Source of the DNA: Phoronis australis
Lineage: Eukaryota > Animalia > Phoronida
DNA length: 64,000 bases
Assembly: GCA_002633005.1 (NCBI GenBank)
Contig: NMRA01000086.1
Location: forward strand, 1 to 64,000
Direction of reading: 5' to 3'
Below are positions 51,101 through 64,000 of this stretch, in pieces (the first letter of the stretch is position 1; each line of letters opens with the position of its first letter). The translations under genes and the position numbers were made by a program. The notes under the pieces were generated by a model. That model saw nothing but the letters and a program-made list of their open reading frames with translations. It was not told the DNA's origin and ran no database searches.

Positions 51101-52991
51101 TCTAAAAGACTTTTACGTTTACAGATGAAGAGACTCAGCGCCAGTCACCCGCACATTACAGGACGTAATCACACACCACAGAATATCTCCAAGGTTGTTT
51201 AAAATAGATAATTTCTTATGGACTTAATTTCATAAAACAAGACATGCATGTAAATACTTTGCTGATTGGAATTCCCGTATTTTGAACAGATAAAAGTGTT
51301 GTCAGTTTTCCTATCAGGGTCGGATTTTGTCCTAAGGTTTACCAAAAATATTTCATCTGTTAGTCTCTTTTTGAGTATCCATAGCGACAACAAATGAATG
51401 TGCTTCCTACTGGTTACTCTTTCAGTATCAGAAAGAAAATGGACTTTCCCAAGATGACTTACTAGTTCGACTCCAGTGGGACCCAGATCATAGTCCTACC
51501 TATGAAAAACTTCCTAGACGAGCAATCCAACTTGGATTGAAGGGAAATGTAGGTCTTTAATTTGTTCCATTTATTCAATTTCCGTGTCCTGTTGAACGTT
51601 TCAGTTTTATAGATTGCCCTCTCTTCTTATCATCACATTCACTGTGGATCATTTACTGTGATTGAAGCAATTTTTGACAGGCTTTTGGTAGTTTTGTTGG
51701 GAAAATACCGAATCTTGTTTTAGTTAACAAACAGATGATAACTACGACTATGTTTCTGTTTTGAAACAAAATAACAGATTCCGTGTAATCCTCGTTCAAT
51801 CCTGAGAAACTAGGGACAAGAGTGTTTCGAAACGTTTTGCAAAATCTTCAAGTGTGGCTAACTGAGCAGAAAGCCGTACCACTCATTTAAGACCCAACGC
51901 ACTAGCTTGCACTTTTGATGAAAAAGCTCGCATATGGAACGATACCAATGAATTCTATTCTATAATATAGCATTCGAACTTCATCGACCGATCACTTCAG
52001 TGGTCGTCAGCTTGCTAACTTTTACGTCTGTAAGGTTTCGAGTATTCAAAATCAAATGACAAAGTCAATATAAGTTAGGTTTTATTATTGACAATTTTTA
52101 TCAAACAAATGCAGAAAACTACTGGAATGTATTTGAAAGTGCTTTAACTCAGTTTGAGGGTACGGACATTATCTCAGAAAATTTGAAAATTGTCCGGGTT
52201 CCTGTCCTCGTGTTTTAAAAGTCGGGGTTCGTGTTTTTCGGGCTGGTTGGCTGTTTTGAAGGTGCGGAAGTCTGTTTTCAACTCGGGGATATCTGTTTTA
52301 CTCTGGGGTTCCTATTTCGATGGAACACCTTGTACCTTAGTATACGATGAATAGTGCTCTTCTCTTCAGATGTAAGTAGTATTATCGGTACCCAATTATC
52401 TTTCCTTTTGCCTCCTCTCTTTTATGACTTGTTTTTGTTTAGTTACACAGTTGTTGATTCCAAAAGTGGTGCTGTTTTCGTAGTTCCTGTTTTTAATTCC
52501 CGTTATTAGAATATGTTGCAGCGTTCTTTGTATTATATGTGAACCCAGATATAATGATCTGCCTTCTGGGTTATTTGTATTATTTTATATGACTATGTTT
52601 CACGAAATAAAATAAAATTTGAATGAATGAAAATAGATTGGTTCAACAAGAAAGTTCGTTGCCTCTAGTTTGATTTGTTCGAGTTTAAAGTTTACTATTT
52701 CGCTTTGGCCTTATTAGCGCTTCGTGGGTCTTTAAAAGCTTGTAAAATTTTCGGTTTATCAGACTGATGAACAGAAAGAAAAGTAAAAATTATTTGTTTG
52801 TTTTTTGTTTGCAGATACTGAAAAAATATGGCACTGATTGGATTGTCAGTATTGAAGACATCACAGAGTTTGTCCAGGAACAAAGTCAGACATTAGCACG
52901 GATGGGAGAAGAACATATACTGGTTGCCAGTGAAAGAGTATACTCACTGAACAACCAGAAAATCATCAAACAAGTTGGCCTTGATACGTGA
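48116..52991 (+). CDS. DUF4291-domain protein, 277 aa (235 aa if the ATG at 48242 is used)
   Basis: Exons 48116-48477, 50744-50915, 51426-51548 and 52815-52991 join in frame (834 nt). Family motifs: [61 protein letters not shown]......RRAIQLGL and WIVSIEDIT. Confidence 0.9.
49252..49875. mobile_element. Nested hAT-like MITE remnants around an assembly gap (N 49605-49695)
   Basis: cagtggcgtatctagg (~49252), caggggcggatcta (~49516) and ggcccccctaaatccgcctatg (~49853-49875). Confidence 0.5.
50068..50138. repeat. Perfect palindrome with 35-bp arms and a 1-nt spacer
   Basis: tttgttgaatacacgacacttttcattgttcacgg-t-ccgtgaacaatgaaaagtgtcgtgtattcaacaaa. Confidence 0.95.
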
Positions 52992-54347
52992 TGAGCATGA
53001 AAAGTCAGAAGTCTGTGATCGAGCTGCTTTGTTAGGTTTAAATTAAGATACAGAAACGGCGCATGAGCTGTCTTATAACATCTCTTGTGGCACTTTTTAT
53101 TGCCCATCTTTTCTGAGATTATCATTCAGTTATTTTGTATTCTCTATCTATCACTTGTAATTGTATTCATCATGATAAATGACCTTACATCGCCTACCTC
53201 GCTCTCCTTTTCATCTCTTTTAACGAGTTTGTGACGCACGTATCATTTATATATATTATGCCGACGTCTACTGCAACAAAATTACGTGGCACACTCTTGC
53301 TTTTATTTTGTATGCAGTCTAACTAGCAGTAACATCAGTCATTTTTCTATTTTTTTTTCTAAAAATGTGGATAATTGATTCTGCATTGGACATTCAAAAT
53401 GGCTAGGTGCCCGTGATTTTTAAGAAAACCCGAGCGGCTTGTGTATGTGAATGACCAAGAAACCCCTCTCACCCTAACCTTGGGCGCCATTTCCATATGT
53501 ATGGAGCCAGGACTGACTACCATATTTGTTGTGTTCTTTATTACTTATCTTTGCCATTAATTTGGAAGAGTGTTTAAGATTAATGTGATTGAGGTCACAC
53601 TTCTTTGAATACCTTTAGACCTGTGTGTAATGGATACCATGGCAGATGGAGCAAACGAGTGCTCATGTACCGGTTGAGTAGAATAATGCGCTTTTCAAAA
53701 GTTAGGTGAATCAAAATTCTCCCCCATTGGCCATGCTGCCAACCACAAGCGTTATTGAAAATGCGATTCATAATTTTAAGACGCCCTGTTTATATAATAC
53801 TTTCCTGGTTGATATTGATTCGTTTAAAGGATACCAAACCCGGCTTAGGCCTGTTAACACCTATTGAAAACCTTTTCCCATCCATTTCTCTGAAACAAAA
53901 TAATGCTCTGTAACCCTCGACAACCCTAAAAAATTTGGAACAAAACTTGTTAACTCCTTATAAAGTCTGCCAAACGGCAAGCGTTATCTACGCTTTTGGC
54001 GCGGTTACACAACAGCTGTAGGGAACACAACCCACCAAGAAACATGATATCTAATTTGTGACTCAAAGAATATATTTTTACTTGAATTCTGCTTTTAACA
54101 CTCATGTGTGGCGCTAGTGACGTAATACAAGTGGCAGAACTAGGCCTTGATTGAAAACGCCAAACAGGGCTTAGTATCATTTCAAAGAAGTAATTCACTG
54201 AAAAATCAACGATACTTAAGTGAGTTGACGTCAGTTTAAAAAACTCATATTTAACAGAAAAAGGTTTATTAGTAACACAGCCAGATACCAACTCAGAGAC
54301 GTACAACTGTCACGCTCCTTGCAATTTACAAAATCAAGAAAACACAT

Positions 54348-54441
54348 GAGTCCAGGCGTTTCGTTTCTTGACTCAAACATCCCCAGTAGGAAACCACACA
54401 CTGATGATGTTTTTGAGTTAAGAAACGAAACGCCTGGACTC
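54348..54441. repeat. Inverted repeat with ~33-bp arms, mini-MITE-like
   Basis: gagtccaggcgtttcgtttcttgactcaaacatc ... gatgtttttgagttaagaaacgaaacgcctggactc. Confidence 0.8.
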
Positions 54442-55079
54442 TATATATATTTTTGTAAGTAAGACATCATTCACTTAACCTCTTGTTGATATGGCCTAAA
54501 ACCAATTTACAAACTGGTACGACTGCTGCTGTTGCCCAGTCAATTCAGTGCTTTCAAATAGGTTTAACTTAGTTGCCTCATGGACTTCTGCTAAAGGTTT
54601 TGGTTGACATGACTTGTCTAATAGACGGGATTCTGCCAGAATCGCAAACTTTTTGTGGAGAAAGCATTGACATCTAGCGTCTACTTGTAAACCTGCATGC
54701 AATGGTTCAATTTTCTAAATTTCTCTGATGACCTGCTGAGAAAAGTGGCAAAGGCAATCCAACACTAAGCATCATAGGTTATTTATTTCAATGCGCCTAT
54801 TTGGTTGTGCTTTGTATAACCACGTGCACGTGGATGTTACCCTCGACTTCTAGTTGCATCCATACTCAATTGTCCGACACCGTTTTAGCCCTGGATTGAG
54901 TTCCGCTGATTGAAGGATCTCTCCAGTGAAGCTATGTTACATGTTGCGCTTGCAATGCATGGCGATATGTCGCGAAGACTTGCGTAATTATTAGTTGAGT
55001 GTATTGTGCCTACGGAATGGACACCCGGTTTTGTATCTGTTGTTCCTCTTGCTGTTCTTTTGACACCTTCTTTACGAGT

Positions 55080-58000
55080 TCAGACCACGGTTTCTCGTAA
55101 TAAGCTTAAGTCGGCAAATGCTTTCGGGTCCGATGTGTCAACGTCTACAACGTCAATTTCTTCTTTCTTTCGGCTGCTTCCGGTTATGGACATTATGACC
55201 GGAAGTATCAATATACCGTGGAAGTATCCAAATACAATGACGAGAAAGAGAATCTTGAAATAAATTCGAAAGATGTGTGAAGGAGCAAAGGCTAGCATAA
55301 TGAACCCCAAAATGGTAGAGAGCGCGCCCTGTGTAATGGGCAATCCGACGAATCCTAATGCATCACAAGCACGTGCGCTCGGCTTAAGGTGATGACTGAC
55401 GGAAAAGGCGTAAGCAATGTGCCCTGAAAAATCAACGCTGAAGCCAATCGACATTACAATGCATACCATAGACACAGAGTCCACCTTCTCGTTCCAAAAC
55501 GCCATGAAGCCAAATAAACCAGTGCTAATGGAAGCGATGCTTAAAAACACCCAAATGGCAACAGTAGGACTGGGTATCAGCAAGAGAGATATGACAAACA
55601 TGCAGCCAGTTGCGATGCCAACGTTTTGTAATGTATTTAAGAGAATCGTTGCGTATTGGTCATAGTAAATAAACGCCGGATGATAGGCGATAACATCCAG
55701 CGGAGAGTCGCGCGCCACGTCGCGCACAGTTTCCATCATGTAGCGGTCCCGTGTGCTGTTGGCCATATTTATGGACTGGACAAAAATTCTGGACTGAGAA
55801 ATCTCACTTTTGTCGTGATTGAACTCTATATCCAGTTTGTATTTAGAAAACGCTGGTTCTAATAGAAACCTGTCTGCGAGAATCTGTGTAAAGTTTTGTT
55901 TGTGAAACTTAATCTCATGATCACTTAGGTATTTCAGGTAGTCATGAATCCAAGATTTCGCGAACTCACGACCAGCAAAGTATCCAGAATTTCCCAAATT
56001 TTCTAATAAAGCGTTTATTTCCTCCAAAGTATCTGACGAGGAGTAGTCTATCTGTTTTCTTATTACCAGCATTACGCTAGCGTGGAAGTCTTTATAGTAC
56101 TTGTCTTCTAGATCGTAGAATTTTATGGCGTATGAATTGTCCAGGGCTAACTTACGAACGTCCAACCCTTCTTGGGTTTGCGTGCAGCCATAAATCGCCA
56201 TTCCCAGATACACTAAATAGAGCAAGATGGTTCCAATCTTGACTGGGATCTTCATAATGAAGGGGCCGTAATATTTTTGGAAGAAAATCATCACTCCGTG
56301 TGATAATGCTGGAACATCATTTTTGGATGCATCGTCTTCGTATCCACCAGCACAAAGATATCGGTAACAGGAAGACTTGCTCTCTGAAATAAAAATGATT
56401 CTGAATGATTTCATCGTGGGGTTTTGTAAATTTTGCAAAATGACACCGTTAAACACAAAAGGTTTCATGGTCATGCAATGCAATGACAAGGAAGAATTTT
56501 AGCAAATTTACCCTTATGCCTACGTCTTCTATCAGGGATTTCTGAAAAAGCCCCTCCCCCCACCACTACAAAACTATCCCATGGGGCTCTTTCGTAAAGA
56601 AGGCTCGATGAAGCTTTCATTGAGGCTCTTTCAGAATCGTTTTGCAAGTCCAAGCTCGATACCAGGGCCCGGTCTCTAATCTCTGTTCTCGAAACGAACT
56701 CGAAACTATTTTTGGCAATTTCTCTGCTCTTTTTGTGCGAACTTAAGATAATTGGTTACCAGACTGTGCTCGAATACATTATAGTTTATGCATAGGAGTT
56801 TCTAGTTCAAGTTTGCCCTTGAAGACCCTTATATTCGTGCTACAAAGTCGAGTAAAAACTCGAAATTTCGAGTTCAAACTCGAACTTATTGCTTTAATAT
56901 TGGGTTTACAAACTGTGAACTAAGGGCAATAAATTATCTACGTAAGTTATTGTGTACTCGAGCATAGAATAGTAGACACTTATCTTGAGTTCGCCCAAAA
57001 GTAGAGTAGAAAATGCCAAACCTAATTTCGAGTTCCATTTCGAGTAAAAAGATTGGAGACCGGGCCCAGGACATATGGAAAGACTTAATATTTCTCACAT
57101 TTTTGTCTTTAAAAGGACCGTTAAAATATTTCACATTCATCACGTATCAACAGAAGTCCGATGGAGCTTCTGTTGACAAGTTTTAGATTAATTACTAAAA
57201 AAGTAAAATGTTTTCCTTTGCAACATACACTAAGAGCCCATGGATGACTGAATTTGCTGTGGTCGGCAATGCAAGTTTCCGAAAATGACGTACAACTTTT
57301 TCCAAAACACCCTCAGGTATCTCTGTTTGGACGCAAATTTACTTCTGTAGAGCAAACGCCATCCACAGCCAATTTTACGATAGTATAAGATCTCTTTGCT
57401 GAACCTCTCATCAACAGCTGAAGCAGCTGCCCAGCAGATCTAACACGTAGGGAAGGGGAGACCGATCACAGTTCGCAATGGGCAGCCCTAACGACCGTCG
57501 CAAGTTGGCGTCGCTTTTGGTCACATCTGAAAGGGGGGCACAGCAGCTTTTTCATTCCCAAAGGAGCCACTAGTAGTGGAGACGGCCCATCTCAGGTTAG
57601 TTTGCTAAAACTTTTTTGCCTACAGAGTTAATCGGGATACCGTTTAAGGAATACCATGCTCACCGAAACTACAGATAAGCGAGAAATTTCTGTTCTGTTG
57701 TATACATATGTCTCGTTCAGAGTAGGCCTAATAGTTTCATCCCCATTCTGGAAACGTTGTTGAGGTATAACTAAAATCACTTCAAATACTCAACGATGAA
57801 ACTGTATGACATACCGGCTTTACTTTTGGGCAGAACTTTAAGACAGGTAAAGGAATGCCGGTTCTGGCGCTCACGCCGGCCTATCAATGCCATACATCCA
57901 CCGAAGAAGGTCACCTGATACACAAAATCCAGGAGAATTGTCAAACCCGTGTAAGCACAAAAGATCTGCACTGATGGATAAAAAGTTATAGCGCCGATGG

Positions 58001-59484
58001 CAAATGCCAAGACATCCGTCACGGTTGTAATGGTGATGGAAATTCCTGCGTCAAAAAACGTTTTACCAAGACGCTCTTCAACGGTTTTCCGGGGGTCTGT
58101 CTGCCGCCACGCAGCAAGTAAAACGAACATGTCGTCCACGCCAACAGCTAAAAAGTAAAATGAAGATTTTGTGCTTTGAAACAACTGCAATACCGCGTAT
58201 ACAGTATGTAGACAGTATTACTAAAATTCTGGAAACTTTAGTGTTTTATCTTCTACTTTAGCCCAGAAAAAATAATGTATAGCACTTAGTGTTATGCTAA
58301 GTTTTAAATTTGTTATTTGACCTTAACACACTATCCTCAGGCGCCGTTAGCTGTCAGTTACAAGGAAGTGATTATGTGGTTAAGAAACTGAACTCTTACT
58401 TTCGAGGAAGCTCTGTTTAAGTTGTAACGCAAAGAAAATGAAGTGACTTACCCAGAGAGACAAATGGTGTGGCGCCAACAATTGATATGAAGGGAATCCC
58501 ACAATGCATCAACAAACCAAACGATGAAAGAATGGACAAAGCGACGCCGATGACGCCCATGAATCCCAGCCACGGTTTGCTTAGAACCCAGTCAAATGTT
58601 ACACAGGACAAAATTGAAAATGTTATCATGATGGTAAAGACGATGGAGACCAGGGAAATTGTCTGTCCTGACGCCTGAACAAGTTCTTCTTCTAATGTAG
58701 CAGAGCTGTAGTATGCTATTTCGATGTCTTCTATTACTTTGTTTTCGAAAACAGTAAGAAATTCATTCACCCATTTTGTTGACTTTGTTATGATCGACGT
58801 ATCGGTGTAATAAAACAACTTGTACGCTTTGGCAGAGACAATGCGTTGATTCGAATCAGTTTCTACTCCGCCAAACACCCCTGCTAGAAACACTGTTCGA
58901 CTGGTCTGCACCGGATATCCGGGAAGTGGTGGAGAAGGAATTCCCGGAATATGCATCGTATATTCCGGAAACGTTAGGTTAGCCTCTGATATTGCAGTTG
59001 AGTTTCCATTGAGAAAAGAAATCAGAAAATTTTGGTTCGCGCACTGACTCTTCCATTTAGCACACACATTTTGAAAAGTGTGTGGCTCCTCGTCGATTAA
59101 AACGCTGATTCCTCTAACAAAATTGTCTAGCTTAATGATTTCATTCAAAATTTTTTCTCGCAAAATAGACTTTCCATCTGAGCTGGTCACAATAATAGAG
59201 CCGTAGATACCTAAGTCGGTCAAGCGTAGCTGGTCGAAATGTTCTGAATCGTTGACAGGGAATGCCGTCCTGACAACATTTCTTTCCGTTTTCGCCGGCC
59301 CATTTGTCGGTGTGAACAGATATTCAACGTTCGTCTCCGACTTTAAGAAGATCAATCCACTCCCGAGTCCTCCGGCGACAATCACTGGTACAATGATGAA
59401 CCAAAGCGGATGCCGTGCAACGAATTTTCCGTAACGGTGAAATAGAACACTCAAAGCTTTGCTGATGCAGTTGGTGTTCACCAT
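55080..59484 (-). CDS. PTCHD3: Patched domain-containing protein (PTCHD3-like, sterol-sensing/RND family), 889 aa
   Basis: Exons 59484-58452, 58147-57815 and 56383-55080 total 2670 nt in frame with GT-AG junctions. Motifs: YG.FVARHP..FI, EYLFTP.NGPAK.ER, SSD AVGVDDMFV, SITITTVTD.LAF.IG, second-half SIGFSVDFSGHI and FG..HG...LPV. The symbol is a family-level best guess; orthology is not established. Confidence 0.9.
56666..57066. mobile_element. 401-bp PIF/Harbinger-like MITE in the patched-domain gene intron
   Basis: TIR GGCCCGGTCTCYAATCT and TSD CAG. The last ~115 bp are near-identical to 8100-8214. Confidence 0.85.
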
Positions 59485-60432
59485 GTTTGAAAACGGAGGT
59501 CAACTTTTTGACACCTACAACAAAAAAGGCAAAACTCACCACGTGTGACAATGAGAAGAGGAACTAACAGAAGGGTCATTTATAAGGTGAGGAAATTGAT
59601 ACTTCTGAAATCATTATTCACGGGTGGGTTCTGCCAAGGAGTACTAATGCCACGCTTTTGAAGTGACGATAACTATGAGGCCTTTCCAAACAATATACAT
59701 GTACCTGTAGGGAAGGATACAGGATTTTGAGTTATTGGGGGCAGGGCACTAGAGTATTAAGCAGAATTTTGCCCGTCAGACATTCGCATCCCCGAACTGC
59801 CAAATGAAATCCATGAAAATTTTAAAGTGGGGGCATGGGCCCCTTGCCCCCCTCCCCTTCTAAATCCGCCACTAACCTGTCAGCCGTAACACCTCATGAG
59901 AGCTAGTGTTTCTAAAGAATGTTACATGTACATTACACAAAATTGTAGTGGTCTTATATCTAGAATCCCACAAGGTCATAATTTTCTGGAAAACGTATTA
60001 CAGGTATTCAATAGTTCATACTGATTACCAGACCTTTCTGGGAGTTGGCCCATTGTGTTTTGGCGAATATCCTATTGATAAGATACATTTATCGTATTTA
60101 ATGCATCCAATTCAACCATACAGTGAATATGGTTATACATGCGACATATGCATCAGTAAACCGTCGTGTTTAATAGTTTCCGACAATAAAACGTTGAAGT
60201 TTTTATAAAGGCCGCATAACTTTTTATGCGTTTTTCAGTCCATGATTCTTTCGTCTTACAACTTGACAAATTTCTACGATATTGAGTTTTACTAAAAAGT
60301 AACAATAGTAACCTGCACTGTACACTGACAGGTGAAAGCGAAGTTACCACTGTTGATGTTATCGTTACTAAAACATATCTTGGAGAGGTATTATTATGTC
60401 TTTAATTACTGTTTCTGCGCCCAGTTCCATTG

Positions 60433-60574
60433 GCAGGGGCGGATCCAAGATTTTTTAAATGGGGGTCGAATCAAGGACTTTTTTTAAAAAGGTCAACAAT
60501 TCTAGATTTGACATCCTAAAATCAAGGGAAAGGGGGTCCACACCCCTTGACCTTCCGCTATTGATCCGCCAATG
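60433..60574. mobile_element. hAT-like MITE
   Basis: caggggcggatcca ... tgatccgccaatg with a G/C-run interior. A related end lies at ~59830-59872. Confidence 0.55.
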
Positions 60575-61319
60575 ATTGAACAAACAATGACCGACACGAA
60601 ATGTGTTTAAAAGCCAGTCGTGTAATGTAAATAAAAGCAGCGAAACAAGAGAATGGTCTTTAGTCTGTTAGGCCGTTAACGTCACTAACCATTGTTGCAC
60701 GGAAGGTCAGAAGGACCAGAGGAACACCAATTGACGCTGCGAAATGTCTCTCCAAGCCATAGTGTATTTTAGGAAAGGAATCATCAACACGTTTACTTCG
60801 AGAAATTCTCTTGCAACTAAGACACGCAATACTTGCAAGAACTATGTTTAGACGATAAACATTAGACGATTATTTTACTCATTATTTTTAATCGTAGCTT
60901 TAATTTATGCTTGAGCACTTCACGTGTATATCGCTGAGTTTTAATCGCAATTTTTATCGCCATTTCACCACTTTAACCATGTTGTGGTCTCAGCAGGTGA
61001 TCGCTGATTTTAGAGATCATTTGCCAGTTACAATCAATCATTTTCAGCGGGTACTGATCAAAATCAGTGAAACTGAAATTTCTTAGAGTTTAATTGGTAT
61101 GTTGAAATAATGGTTGGCACAGTAATTAAAACTTTAATGAAATTTTCTTTATTCAATACAAGCAATCTGTCTATGACCAGTTTTATCAGGTTTTCTTGCA
61201 ACCCTCCTTCAGTTCATCTGTCCCGTTGTAGTCCGGGAGCCAGGGTGCTGAACTTGGATTTGCCGGATAAAGTTTTTTCTTTGCTGTTTCATGTATCCCA
61301 GGGTTAAGTAACCATGGTT

Positions 61320-64000
61320 TAGGGGCTGACCGTTCGCAACCCTTGAGCATTTTTTAAATGTGCAAATTAAGGTCGCCATTATGCAAAATTCTATTTTTGC
61401 TTATAATTTCCTTACCAAGCACTGCAGCCAGATAATTTTGACGATTTTACCCAATGTTTTCATGGTCAACGAATCTAATAGTGCAATTTTTTTCGGTAAA
61501 TGTACTGTTAATTTACATAATTTATGCAAATTAAGGCCGCCATTACTCAAAATTCTTCTTGTGCTTATAGCTACTGTACCAGGCACCACAGATGAACTAT
61601 GATGGTATTTGCACCTATATTCTTTTGGTCAATTAGTTTAATGAAATCGGTTTGCATGTTTTTACATGATAAATTTGCATAATTAATGCAAATTTGCATA
61701 ACTAATGCAAATTAGGGGCGCCATTCTACTCGTGCTTTTAGCTGCGGTACCAAGCACCACAGGTAAACTCTCATGATATTTGAACCTATGTTCCTTTGGT
61801 CAATTAGGTTAGTGAAACCAGTTTGCAAGTTGCATGATAAATTAGCACAATTTATGCAAATAAAGTAGACCAATAATAAAAATTCTGTTTCTTACGGAGG
61901 CACTACATGTAGATTATTTTGGTATTTTTACAGATGAATTTAATGTAATCTGTCATTACATCATAAATATAAATAATCTGTAATTTTTTACCCAACATTT
62001 CAAATTCTTGTTTTGTCTGATGCCCAGGGCATATGCAGTAGATGACCAAATTGTTTAATTGCATCAACCTAGGACAATAACTTATCGAATGGAGACCAGT
62101 CACAAAAACGTTTCAAATGCTAATTCAATGACTCGGAACGTGAGCACACTACAGTATAACGTGCCCAAAATATTGTGCGGGGTAGAAAATTGACAGTGCA
62201 ATTGTATCTACTTGAATTTCGTGGAATCTGACCTTTGCAGCTACACCTAATCATCACCAGTATGCAATAAGAGCGAGTTGTACACCATGCGGAATTATAG
62301 ATGGTGAGAGTAATTTGTTTATGGCATCTTTCTTCCATCAGTAGACCTCGGGATCTAGAGCTGGTGATATTCCACCCCATGACTGACTGTTAATGGGCTC
62401 TGTTTAGGTTTACATTCTCTGTGAATGCCTCTGTTGTCGGTGACAGTTTGAGGGCGGACATATATTTCTTGCTATTTCTCTTCCCCATACCAGTAATCTG
62501 ATTCCTGACATCTTCCCGATTCTCTTCATTCCATAACAGGCGCACATACATTTACTGGCCTGTTTCATGACATCAGAAAAATGTGCATTAAAAGTGACGA
62601 TGGCAGACAGATCATGTCCAACCTTCAATATTTTAACGATGGAACCCTTCATAGTAGCATGCCACCGTGTTACACCCCTACAGGGCTTGGGCAGGGAGGA
62701 GACCTTCACAATGTCGCCACATGTTTCCACTGTTAACTTCGTTTCTTCGCCGGACTGTTCTACACTTACTAGGTGATTTCATGGTTGCGGTATTGATTGA
62801 AGATTTTCCTTGTCTCAGTAATGCACATGAAAGACAAAGACATTTTTGTCACCAGAAACAACTTAAAATTTCTTTAAGTTCATATGCACATTTCACGTCC
62901 TGTTGCATAATAATGGAGCTAGCTTCTTCGTGGGATGTCTACAATGTCCTGGTACTATCTAAGGGACAAGGATCTTCATCAATGATTACCTATTTGTGTT
63001 CCTAGCGTACTGCTAGCCTTTCTCGAAGTCTGATAACATTGCCTGCCCCATTCTTATTATTTCATGTACGTTACCTGTTGGAGTAGCAATCACACTGCGT
63101 CTTTGGGATGGACATTGGGATCCAATAGATCGATGCTGGTATATACTTTTGACACATTCATGCAATATCCTGGGCACGTGCATCAAGACGTGCCTTACTT
63201 TCTTCCCTGTGATAGGTTTTAGTACAAGATCTAATGTTACCGCCCTCCATCTCGCCAAGATCTGTTTCAATTTTGTAGGACGAACGGCAACTTGTGCCCA
63301 AAGCTTAAGAGTCTCTTCTTTGAGGGCAATTCCCTACTATTCCCTCACTACTGTATTCGTACCTCATCAATGTGGTCCCTATAAACTGATCGTTCCGAGC
63401 CCCATTCCAGCATTAACCCAAGTCATTAAACTAATCTGCGTTTTTTCAATGGTCTGTGGGAGCGCAGGGCAATAGGCAATACCTTTTTTGGAATTTAAGA
63501 TCTCAAACTGCAGAACACACACTACACAAAATATTTTCTTACTTCATCATCAAAGAGGATATTCTGCTACAACCTGCAAACAGATTTCATTAAATTCATT
63601 GACCACTGAAACATGGGTGCAAATATTTATAACTAACCTCTGGTGTCTGATGCAGCAGTTGTAAGCACAAGTACAATTTTGAATACGGCAGCTGTAATTT
63701 GTGTAAATTATCAATTATGCAAATTCATGATGACCACGAAATCATGAGATCAATTCGAAAATAATTGACATGCAATGCCCGTAAGGAAATTATGAACAGA
63801 AACAGTATTTGGAATACTGGTGTCTTTTATTTGTAACAACTTGCAAACTCATTTCACAGAAACATGGATAGACGTTAAAGTAGTTTACTTGGGGTGCCTA
63901 GTACTTCAGCTATAAGCAAAAGTAGAATTTTGAATAATGGCGGCCTTAATTTGTATATATTATGCAAATCTACGATGTATCCACTAGCAAACGAGGTCCA
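61320..64000 (-). mobile_element. Decayed Academ-like (XPG/PIN plus Cys-rich) DNA transposon running off the window
   Basis: Begins TAGGGGCTGACC. Long TIR: 61500-61660 is inverted at 63840-63975 (caaattaaggccgccatta...cttatagct). Minus-strand fragments read SHEEASSII (HEEADT-like), LSPTTEAFTENVNLNRAH, GW and IRCSCKG...SRYNC, with many stops and frameshifts. Confidence 0.7.

Noticed and set aside
48116-52991. Bacterial contamination as the source of DUF4291
   Set aside because: Three in-frame GT-AG introns with host-type repeats, and contiguity with animal genes.
55006-59434. Plus-strand ORFs overlapping the patched-domain gene
   Set aside because: Antisense shadows of a well-supported minus-strand gene.

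Overview
Intron-rich, AT-rich eukaryotic DNA from an invertebrate animal; the taxon cannot be fixed from sequence alone. Three host genes can be reconstructed from GT-AG exons. Calpain-7 (+, 22909-43274) has 18 visible coding exons, with one expected exon apparently lost at an N in a 79-bp array. A four-exon DUF4291-domain gene lies at 48116-52991 (+), and a three-exon patched-domain (PTCHD3-like) gene at 59484-55080 (-). The rest is dominated by mobile DNA: two TTAA-flanked Kolobok-type elements (THAP transposase plus a convergent ORF with a P2X7-C-terminus-like Cys motif), a decayed RTE-X-like LINE, Helentron-associated elements (HINEs) whose internal repeats carry CTCF-like motifs, IS3EU-, EnSpm-, Harbinger- and hAT-like MITEs, and a decayed Academ-like element. 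A heavily decayed ~2-kb tandem array of unknown origin spans about 3.85-17.35 kb, and there are several minisatellites. No CRISPR, rRNA or convincing tRNA was seen. All calls come from manual reading and motif recognition, not database searches.
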